Below, in pieces: positions 29,772-37,418 of a stretch of 64,000 nucleotides of DNA (position 1 is its first letter; each line of letters starts with the position of its first letter). Source of the DNA: a virus; the UHGV virus genome UHGV-0098755; one strand, written 5' to 3'. Below the pieces are notes generated by a model. It searched no databases and was not told the origin of the DNA. It worked only from the letters and a program-made list of their open reading frames with translations. A program made the translations under genes and the position numbers.

Positions 29772-30796
29772 ATCTTAGCATATTTAGATAACCGCATTTT
29801 AGCCATTAACCCCTGGGCAATATTATTTTTCATATATTCCATAATTTGTTCAGGGGTTGCACCTTCCTTTCTAATCATATCATTAACATCTTTTGATTTC
29901 CAGGGAGATTTATCCCAAAACATAACCCTTTCTCCTGCATCAACTAATTTAGTCATTCGTTTAATAGTGTCAGGGTGACGAGGTTCATTATCTAAGACCC
30001 ACACTCGTCTATCTTTAAATGGAACAACTTCTAGGTCTAATTGACCACCCGTAATAGCTATACCATTTTCAATAAAAAGTGAATCTATAGGTCCTTCTAG
30101 AACATATACATCACCATCTTTAACCCGTTCGACTCCATAGATTTTTGTTGCCTCAGGATAAGCTTTGATGGTGATATATTTTTGAGGAGCATCTTTCTTT
30201 AATGCACGTCCTTGAAAAGACTCAGCTTTTCCATTAGCATTATAAATTGGAATAACAAGACGAGGCTCAGAAATTTCCTTTTTATATGTTCCCGGTGCTA
30301 TGCTATTAACTAATTTAGGCCATTCGGTTGTAAACCAAAGATATTTCCATTTATCCTTTGGAATACAACGAGCTTTTACATATTTTATAACTGGATGGTC
30401 TTCCACCAGTTTATCTAATCTAACGCATGACGGAAGAGATTTAATTATTTTCTTCTCAGGTTGTTTAGGAAGTTCTTTAGGTTTTTCTACTGGACGACTT
30501 TTACCTTTTTCTTTTCTTATTTCAAAGATATACTCACGATATAAATCAGGTTCAAACTCCTTTAAATATATTCCGATTGGTGCATGATAGTTACAGTTAT
30601 AGCAATGAATATTTCCTTCATTATTATCGCCATAATACCATCCACGGGCTTTATTTTGATCGGTTTTTGAATCTCCACAAACAGGGCATCTAAACCGTAA
30701 TTTAAAAGTTGAACTATTATTTACTTGTGTGAATTTAGGTAAATGAGCTAGCGCACGATATGCAAACTCATTATCAATCCAAGGTATTGATGACAT
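29768..30796 (-). CDS. 61: DNA primase gp61 (342 aa)
   Basis: N-terminal zinc ribbon CPVCGDS...CYNCNYH plus TOPRIM; 342 aa. Confidence 0.9.
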   Translation of the reverse strand: MSSIPWIDNEFAYRALAHLPKFTQVNNSSTFKLRFRCPVCGDSKTDQNKARGWYYGDNNEGNIHCYNCNYHAPIGIYLKEFEPDLYREYIFEIRKEKGKSRPVEKPKELPKQPEKKIIKSLPSCVRLDKLVEDHPVIKYVKARCIPKDKWKYLWFTTEWPKLVNSIAPGTYKKEISEPRLVIPIYNANGKAESFQGRALKKDAPQKYITIKAYPEATKIYGVERVKDGDVYVLEGPIDSLFIENGIAITGGQLDLEVVPFKDRRVWVLDNEPRHPDTIKRMTKLVDAGERVMFWDKSPWKSKDVNDMIRKEGATPEQIMEYMKNNIAQGLMAKMRLSKYAKI

Positions 30797-30799
30797 TTT

Positions 30800-30964
30800 T
30801 TACTCTTCTTTTTCTTTAGATTCCTCTTTTTTCTTTTTAGGAATCTGTTCAGGACCTTTATTTACTACAGCGCCTGACGTTGTTCCAGTAGAGATATTTT
30901 CAGGATTACCACCTGAATCTCCAGCGACCATATCTTCTTTGATAAATTCTTTAAACGTTTTCAT
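30800..30964 (-). CDS. Small hydrophilic protein (54 aa), 61.1 position
   Basis: Hand-translated MKTFKEFIKEDMVAGDSGGNPEN... Confidence 0.45.
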   Translation of the reverse strand: MKTFKEFIKEDMVAGDSGGNPENISTGTTSGAVVNKGPEQIPKKKKEESKEKEE

Positions 30965-30976
30965 ATTAGCCTCTAA

Positions 30977-31270
30977 TTATTCACCTACCACTTCAGCGAT
31001 GATATTTTTATTATTGAAGTTTTTATCACAATACAGAACGTAATTATACTGCATTACACCACCAGACTTAAGCTGTTTTTGTACTTCAGCTTTCATTTCA
31101 GGGTGATCACGCTCAACAATATTCATAATATCTGCTTCAATCTGAGTTTCAACCTCAGTCTGATCTGCAGTCATAGACCATTCGCACAAATCTTTATCAT
31201 AACCTGCCATAGCAGGCTGAGCAGCACAAGAAGCCAAAGCAAAAATTGCAGCAAAAACAAATTTTTTCAT
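30977..31270 (-). CDS. sp: Spackle, periplasmic gp5-lysozyme inhibitor (superinfection exclusion), 97 aa
   Basis: 97 aa with signal peptide MKKFVFAAIFALASCAAQPAMA; T4 61.3 position. Confidence 0.65.
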   Translation of the reverse strand: MKKFVFAAIFALASCAAQPAMAGYDKDLCEWSMTADQTEVETQIEADIMNIVERDHPEMKAEVQKQLKSGGVMQYNYVLYCDKNFNNKNIIAEVVGE

Positions 31271-31330
31271 GATAATCTCCTCAGTAGTTTATGTTTATAT
31301 AGTATCTCAATTTCCAACAAAAGTAAACAG

Positions 31331-31630
31331 TTATTTTAAAACTTCTGCGTAATCACATGTTACAAACTGTTTCTCTAGCTTAACGATCTTACGAAAATAC
31401 CTTTTACACTGACGAATCTGTCGCTTCGTAGGACGTACAGCAAACTTAATAAATTCCACTCGACCAAATGGAGGACTTTCTTCTGCTGGAATATCTAACA
31501 CCAATTCCCACGTATCTGCAATAAGTGCTTTAAATTGTGTATTTTTCCTGACGTTATACGGAGTAGGTTTAAATAAAACAATATGCATATTATCCTCGGC
31601 AATCCACTTCACATACTTTCTTGTCATCAA
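31331..31630 (-). CDS. Basic small protein (85-99 aa), T4 61.4 position; candidate anti-toxin-antitoxin factor
   Basis: ORF adjacent to dmd; probable start at Met15 (about 31588). Confidence 0.5.
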   Translation of the reverse strand: MMTRKYVKWIAEDNMHIVLFKPTPYNVRKNTQFKALIADTWELVLDIPAEESPPFGRVEFIKFAVRPTKRQIRQCKRYFRKIVKLEKQFVTCDYAEVLK

Positions 31631-31772
31631 TGAAAGCTTTAACTAATGCTTTATTAACTTCAGCATACTGAGTAGTAGCCCATTGAACGTCATCTTTCAT
31701 CATTGTGGTTTCTTTAGTAAACATGCTTTCGTTCTTAAACCACCCCATAAAAACTACCTTTACCAATTCCAT
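31590..31772 (-). CDS. dmd: Dmd antitoxin against RnlA/LsoA (60 aa)
   Basis: 60 aa MELVKVVFMGWFKNESMFTKE...; T4 61.5 position. Confidence 0.7.
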   Translation of the reverse strand: MELVKVVFMGWFKNESMFTKETTMMKDDVQWATTQYAEVNKALVKAFIDDKKVCEVDCRG

Positions 31773-31830
31773 AACAATCTCCTCATTTAACCAACAAGAC
31801 TACTATACCATAGTCTCGTCAGCTTGTAAA

Positions 31831-33258
31831 CTAAAATTTTAATTCATTCGCCAAAGCATCTAACTGAGCTCGAGTGGATTCATTTCTTTGATAGCGGTTC
31901 TGTTCAGCCTGAATTTGTTGTGAACCTGCTACTTCACTCACTTCAGTTGGAGTAGAATCTTGTTCAATTTCTACCCATTTCTGATTTCCTTTTTGAACAC
32001 CCATCAAAAACTTATTCCATTTATTCTTATCACCATATCGTGATTTGATTTGCTTAATGAGTTGTTGTTCAGCAGCTGCTAACTCCTCAGTTTCAATGAC
32101 CGCAAGCATAAAATCAGCTGTGGCTGGAAGACCAGCAGATTCTGCAATATCGCTCATGTTAACATCAGAAGAATCCCAAGCTTGCTTACCAACCTGTGCT
32201 GCAGTCCAAAGAACAGTTTCGGTTTCAACAGCCAGAGCACGCAATTCTTCTGCGATGGCTTTAACAGTTGTGTAACTATTTTCTGAGTAAACTCTGATGC
32301 GGCAAGATTTACAAATACCTAGATAGTCGACAATAATGATCGTTGGAACAAAATTCTTCTTGAGCTTCAATTCGTTTAAAAGCGATCGAAATGTATTAGC
32401 GTCTGCTCCACCAGTAGGATATTGCTTAACGATTAAACGACCGAGAGTAGATTTCTCACGCCATTTTTCCATTTTTCCTTTATATTCAGCGTAAGAAATA
32501 TGCCCATCATCAATGTCATCAAGAGAAACATCGAGCATATTAGCGTCAATACGTTTAGCACAGACTTCTTCTGCCATTTCCATTGAAATGTAAAGAACAT
32601 TATGACCGAGCTGTAAATAATCTGCTGCCAATGAACACAATCCTAATGACTTACCAACGTTAACACCAGCCATTAAAACGTTCAGTGTTCCAGTCTCAGC
32701 TCCGCCTTTAGTAATTTTATTTAGAATTTTGAGTTTAAATGGAACCTTACGAGCTTTATTCATATAAGATAGCCAACGTGCTTCATAGTCATCCATCCAA
32801 TCATGACCAACGTAGCTATCAAATGAAATTGATAATGCTTGGCGCATGATGTCAGGAATAGCACCTACATCTGGCATTTTCTTATTTCGTTTTTCCGGAG
32901 GAAGCTCAGCATTAGTTTGAATTTCGATTATTTTAGACGTAGCATTAAACATCGCCCTTTGCTGAACATATTTTTCTGTTTCTTTTACTAACCAGCTGTG
33001 GTCTTCCGGAGAATCAGCCAGTTTTGAAATAAGTGTTTTTACACCAGAATATTCTGTTTCAGTAAATGAACTATTTTCTAATGCAACATTTAACGCATTA
33101 ATAGATGGAACGCTATGATACTCATTGACATGAGATTTAATTAATTTGAATGTATTTTTAGCTGGACCACTTTCAAAATATTCTGAATCCATATATGGCC
33201 AAACTTTTGAAAAATAAGCTTGATCAAATATGAGATGAGAAAGAATAATTTCTACCAC
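31831..33258 (-). CDS. 41: Replicative helicase gp41 (475 aa)
   Basis: DnaB-like, Walker A GVNVGKS. Confidence 0.9.
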   Translation of the reverse strand: MVEIILSHLIFDQAYFSKVWPYMDSEYFESGPAKNTFKLIKSHVNEYHSVPSINALNVALENSSFTETEYSGVKTLISKLADSPEDHSWLVKETEKYVQQRAMFNATSKIIEIQTNAELPPEKRNKKMPDVGAIPDIMRQALSISFDSYVGHDWMDDYEARWLSYMNKARKVPFKLKILNKITKGGAETGTLNVLMAGVNVGKSLGLCSLAADYLQLGHNVLYISMEMAEEVCAKRIDANMLDVSLDDIDDGHISYAEYKGKMEKWREKSTLGRLIVKQYPTGGADANTFRSLLNELKLKKNFVPTIIIVDYLGICKSCRIRVYSENSYTTVKAIAEELRALAVETETVLWTAAQVGKQAWDSSDVNMSDIAESAGLPATADFMLAVIETEELAAAEQQLIKQIKSRYGDKNKWNKFLMGVQKGNQKWVEIEQDSTPTEVSEVAGSQQIQAEQNRYQRNESTRAQLDALANELKF

Positions 33259-33267
33259 ACTTACTCC

Positions 33268-33630
33268 TTAAAAGAATTTAAATTTTTTCTTTGACCTTTT
33301 ATTAAATGCATCTTGTAGTTGCATTGTAATACATTTTTCTACATGAGGAGCTAACTCAGCTTTTCTTTCTTGGTCAAGAACAGCAAAGTCCATTACAACC
33401 TTTCCATCAACCCAATCCAGTTTAGTTACATACACTATATGTGTAGAACCATCTTCTAGTTTAATGACAATCTCCTGGATAACATTTTCCATGGCAGATT
33501 TAATTATCTTAAGAGATTCATTAAAAAGACGTTCTTTTCTTTCTTCTTCCCCCTCCGAAGAGGGGGATTCATCGATAATTTCTAGATCTAAATCTAAATC
33601 ATCTTTACTCATTAAATTCTTCCATATCAC
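33268..33630 (-). CDS. 40: gp40-like protein (120 aa)
   Basis: Position between 41 and uvsX. Confidence 0.5.
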   Translation of the reverse strand: MIWKNLMSKDDLDLDLEIIDESPSSEGEEERKERLFNESLKIIKSAMENVIQEIVIKLEDGSTHIVYVTKLDWVDGKVVMDFAVLDQERKAELAPHVEKCITMQLQDAFNKRSKKKFKFF

Positions 33631-34786
33631 TTAACTGCTCGAGGTCAGTTTCTAAATCAGCTGCTGATTTACTTTTACTTTCTGGAGATTTAAATTTTTC
33701 AACCTTTGAGTTAATCAATTCATCAACTTCAGCTTCAACAATTTCATTACTATCAATAGCACCTAACTGATAAGCACGTTTAATAGCATCTCGGAATGGT
33801 TGATGCTTAAATAAAGGACCCCAGAATGTAGTGCAGTTGGTATCTTTTGCACGCCAAGATTTTTCTTCGCGAATCATCTCGCCGGTTTCTTCATCAAGAA
33901 ATTCACGAGCATACCAGCCATTTTTAGGTTTTACCACGAATCCTAATTCTAGAGCCATATCTAACAATCCAGAATAAGGATCGATACCACCGTCAAATTT
34001 AACATCAATAAAGAATTTACTTTTTTCTTTAACAGTACGAGATTTTTCTACATTTAGAACAAATTGATACCCCTGAAGATCAGAACCATCTTTAATCTGA
34101 CGCTTACCGATAATGAATACAGTATCAGCCGAATACATTACGCCTGTACCACCTGTCATCACGGTTTTACTAAACATTTCAATTGTTTCAATTGTATGGT
34201 TAACCGCAACACATGGAATATTTTTAATGCTAAAGTAAGGAGTAACAATACGGAATAATGACTTCAGTGATTTAGCACGAGTCATATCTGCCACAGATTT
34301 TTCATTCAAGGCATCTTCCGTTTCTTTCTTAGAAGCCATATTACCGATTGAGTCGATGAATACAATAACTTTTTCACCGCGCTCAATAGCTTCAAGCTGA
34401 TTCACCATATCAATTTTCAGCTGTTCAACTGACTGGATTGGCGTATGAATTACTCGTTCCGGGTCAACCCCCATGGATCGCAAATAAGCTGGAGTAATAC
34501 CAAATTCACTATCATAGAATAGACAAACCGCGTCAGGATATTTGTTCAAATATGCCGCAACCATAGTCAAAGACATATTTGATTTAAAGTGTTTAGAAGG
34601 CCCTGCGAAAATAGTTAAACCAGACTGCATACCGCCATCAATCGCACCAGAAATAGCAATATTAAGCATTGGAATTTTTGTACGAATTACATCCTTTTCA
34701 TTAAAGAATTTAGATGTAGTCAGTTCAGCAGTCATTTTAGAAGTGGAAGCTTTAATCAAACGGGATTTTAAATCTGCAATAGACAT
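33605..34786 (-). CDS. uvsX: UvsX recombinase (393 aa)
   Basis: RecA-fold, 393 aa. Confidence 0.9.
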   Translation of the reverse strand: MSIADLKSRLIKASTSKMTAELTTSKFFNEKDVIRTKIPMLNIAISGAIDGGMQSGLTIFAGPSKHFKSNMSLTMVAAYLNKYPDAVCLFYDSEFGITPAYLRSMGVDPERVIHTPIQSVEQLKIDMVNQLEAIERGEKVIVFIDSIGNMASKKETEDALNEKSVADMTRAKSLKSLFRIVTPYFSIKNIPCVAVNHTIETIEMFSKTVMTGGTGVMYSADTVFIIGKRQIKDGSDLQGYQFVLNVEKSRTVKEKSKFFIDVKFDGGIDPYSGLLDMALELGFVVKPKNGWYAREFLDEETGEMIREEKSWRAKDTNCTTFWGPLFKHQPFRDAIKRAYQLGAIDSNEIVEAEVDELINSKVEKFKSPESKSKSAADLETDLEQLSDMEEFNE

Positions 34787-34863
34787 TCATTTTTTCCATA
34801 GGCATCATTATATTTTCCTCACTGGTTAAAGATAGGGTAATTATAACACAATAAATTTAGGCA

Positions 34864-35712
34864 TTAATCAACTGCTATTGGATGAATAGCATTAAACTTA
34901 TGAAATGCTTCTGATTTTTCTTTACGCGAAACACACATGCGAAGAACCTTTAATGGCTCGTCTTCTTCACCCAACGATTTTCGTTTTTCAATATTAGAAG
35001 TTTTCCAACGAGCTTGCTCTGGAAACTCTCTATTGATTTGCTCAAGCGCTCTATTATGTTTAGAATTACTACGAATTGAACTACACCCGCCAGGAGCTTG
35101 TGCTTTTCCAGATACAACCAGATATTTGAACAAGGCCAAATGCGGATAACCTTGATTAATTAAATTGAGAAATGCATACATATCTTCGCATAAATCAATT
35201 TTTCCATACCCAATTTGTTCTGTCGTAAGTTTTCCAAGGTCATACCATGTATTCGTGAATCCATATGAATTTTCACGATAATTACCCCAAGATGAAGTAA
35301 TTTTAAAAATAGGTAGACGAGCATGGCCATGATAATACCCGCAATCCATGGCATCTTCAACGTATTGAATCAATTCATAGAACTGTTCACGAGTTAATTG
35401 ATTAATTTTATCTACGCAGCGACGATCATCTTTCTTTCGCATTGAACTCATACGAATAGTAGTATCATCATCAATCATCCAAATTCGTTGACCTGCATAC
35501 ATATCAGTAATTGCTTTACGAGTACCAGCAATTCCGTTAACATCATCAGGAATAGTTATAATTTTAGCTCTAGACCCATAAGCGTCATAATAAGCTTTTT
35601 CTTCGTGTTCACGTACTACAATATGAGGTTCATAATCAGTCGGAAACATATCAAGGGCAGAAACTGCCCCTACGCGTTGATAGCTTGGAATTACGAATTG
35701 AATCATTTCCAC
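34864..35712 (-). CDS. DXD-motif glycosyltransferase (282 aa) occupying the T4 beta-gt locus; possibly T2/T6-type beta-glucosyl-HMC-alpha-glucosyltransferase
   Basis: Motif QRIWMIDDDTTI; located between uvsX and 42; does not resemble the 351-aa T4 beta-gt as I recall it. Confidence 0.5.
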   Translation of the reverse strand: MEMIQFVIPSYQRVGAVSALDMFPTDYEPHIVVREHEEKAYYDAYGSRAKIITIPDDVNGIAGTRKAITDMYAGQRIWMIDDDTTIRMSSMRKKDDRRCVDKINQLTREQFYELIQYVEDAMDCGYYHGHARLPIFKITSSWGNYRENSYGFTNTWYDLGKLTTEQIGYGKIDLCEDMYAFLNLINQGYPHLALFKYLVVSGKAQAPGGCSSIRSNSKHNRALEQINREFPEQARWKTSNIEKRKSLGEEDEPLKVLRMCVSRKEKSEAFHKFNAIHPIAVD

Positions 35713-36443
35713 TCACCGTTATAATCTTTTTTCGCAATATGAGTTTCGCCAGTTTTCCACCAATGGTCAACCAAATAAAAATGGCGGGAATACACATGAA
35801 GGCTCCCGACATTCCATATAATGGAACCTGCTTTATACTGACGAGTTGAATCACCTGCATTCAAATCAGATACTAATTTATCTAGTACGTATTTTTGCCA
35901 TGCATAATCATTACGGAATCCGAAGACTACGTCATTTGAACGCATGCTTACTACTGCATTGACTTTCTTATCACGAATCAGGTACTGTACTGTATTCGTA
36001 CACATGAAATCTGACATACCATCTTTATTGTAGTCAAACTGCATGGATGGACGAGTATAAATCATGATACCACGCCGAGAATCAGGATTTTGACCAAGTT
36101 CAGCTAAACACATATCATATTGGGCATAGTTATCTTCTGACCAGATGGCCCAACCATAATTCGAGTTAATTTCGCCTTTAGAAGATGCTACCTGCTGCCA
36201 AATCTTTGGTATTTCACCTGGAATATCTTTAACAAACAGACTTTGAGACTTATACCATTCAAGTTCACGTTGAATGTATTCATCATTAAGAGCGCCAAAA
36301 ATAAAAGGTTCATCTGCTACAAATGATGCACCAATAATTTCAATAGTTTTAACACCGGTTTTATCAATTACGAAATCTTTTTCCTTTAATGCAATTCCTA
36401 AATGAAGACGGATTTCTTCAACTGTCATAGAGTCATTAATCAT
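35703..36443 (-). CDS. 42: dCMP hydroxymethylase gp42 (246 aa)
   Basis: Thymidylate-synthase-like, 246 aa. Confidence 0.9.
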   Translation of the reverse strand: MINDSMTVEEIRLHLGIALKEKDFVIDKTGVKTIEIIGASFVADEPFIFGALNDEYIQRELEWYKSQSLFVKDIPGEIPKIWQQVASSKGEINSNYGWAIWSEDNYAQYDMCLAELGQNPDSRRGIMIYTRPSMQFDYNKDGMSDFMCTNTVQYLIRDKKVNAVVSMRSNDVVFGFRNDYAWQKYVLDKLVSDLNAGDSTRQYKAGSIIWNVGSLHVYSRHFYLVDHWWKTGETHIAKKDYNGEWK

Positions 36444-36596
36444 TTAAACCTCAATTGATACATTCATATTTAACTTGTAACAGTAATAAACTCCACCCTA
36501 TAATAAGCGTTGGAATCATACAAGGAACTGCTACGCTATAGTATATACTTATTATAACCATCAAGATTAAAAGCAATGCTGTTATAATTTTGCTTT

Positions 36597-36848
36597 TCAT
36601 TCCTTCTCTCTGATGATAATTACTTGATTTTGCTGTACAGATTTTTTAGTTTCACCTGCAATTGACCAAATAAATGTAATAAACCAACCAATAATTGACC
36701 AGTTAAACAGTAAAGATGTGAAAAAGATTCCTACTGTCGATTTTGACCCACGCATCAAGGCGATGAACCATGGAAGCATGTATATAATAATAGCCAACAC
36801 ACCTGAAACTAAAACCATAAAAATTGAACCTGCTACTAAAGTTTCCAT
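36597..36848 (-). CDS. imm: Superinfection immunity protein Imm (83 aa)
   Basis: 83 aa, two TM segments. Confidence 0.75.
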   Translation of the reverse strand: METLVAGSIFMVLVSGVLAIIIYMLPWFIALMRGSKSTVGIFFTSLLFNWSIIGWFITFIWSIAGETKKSVQQNQVIIIREKE

Positions 36849-36855
36849 GTTTTCC

Positions 36856-37236
36856 TCACTTAGTCAAATTTTTTACACATGAATTATAAGAATTTACTAC
36901 ATACTCCATCGGAGCATTTTTACCAGTACGCCATTGGTAATTATTAGCCCAATTTGCCCAAAGCTCAGCGCAGTAGTTTTCAATTTTTTCTTCGCGTGTA
37001 ATTACATCCGAATTACGATATGCTTGAGCAGATTCATCTGGGCGAATAGCTTCGTCAAAATTCGCCTGCATCTGTTCTACTGTCTGTTTTGGAGCTTCTT
37101 TATAACACTTGACGTTAGGATTATAAAATTTGCTTGAACAGTTTACAATTTTTCCTACATCAGACTGATTTACTACCGGTCCTTGAGCTACACAACCAGT
37201 AAGACCTAATGCAATAACCAAAATAGCGATTTTCAT
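36856..37236 (-). CDS. Lipoprotein (about 126 aa from MKIAILV)
   Basis: Lipobox LTGC; ORF-track N-terminal 37 aa is translated promoter repeat. Confidence 0.5.
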   Translation of the reverse strand: MKIAILVIALGLTGCVAQGPVVNQSDVGKIVNCSSKFYNPNVKCYKEAPKQTVEQMQANFDEAIRPDESAQAYRNSDVITREEKIENYCAELWANWANNYQWRTGKNAPMEYVVNSYNSCVKNLTK

Positions 37237-37250
37237 TTCATTCTCCAAAT

Positions 37251-37320
37251 CCGTATCAGTTGATAGTTGTATAGTACCACAAAGGAACAGGGATGTAAAC
37301 AGTTTTGTGAAAAAAATTTT
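37251..37320 (-). promoter_or_regulatory. Early promoter, conserved repeat family
   Basis: Near-identical to elements at 6781-6850, 10643-10712, 63651-63720. Confidence 0.55.
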
Positions 37321-37382
37321 TAGGGAATCCAAAGGGTCCAGAATCATCTCTTTTTCATAAGTATAGATTTATATTACTTGTA

Positions 37383-37407
37383 TGAAAAAGGGACCTGGAG
37401 GTCCCTA
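37383..37407 (-). terminator. Rho-independent terminator after gene 43
   Basis: GGGACC-UCCA-GGUCCC followed by UUUUU on - strand. Confidence 0.65.
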
Positions 37408-37418
37408 GATTTATTCTA

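Noticed and set aside
35160-35860. ORFs 35160-35360 and 35651-35860 overlapping the glycosyltransferase and gene 42
   Set aside because: Alternative-frame overlaps of longer ORFs that have recognisable motifs.
36856-37347. N-terminal extensions of ORFs 36856-37347 and 10423-10731 sharing the peptide CGTIQLSTDTDLEN
   Set aside because: The shared peptide is the translation of the conserved promoter repeat. The real starts are downstream (MKIAILV at about 37236; MFTTAELK at 10629), each with its own SD.
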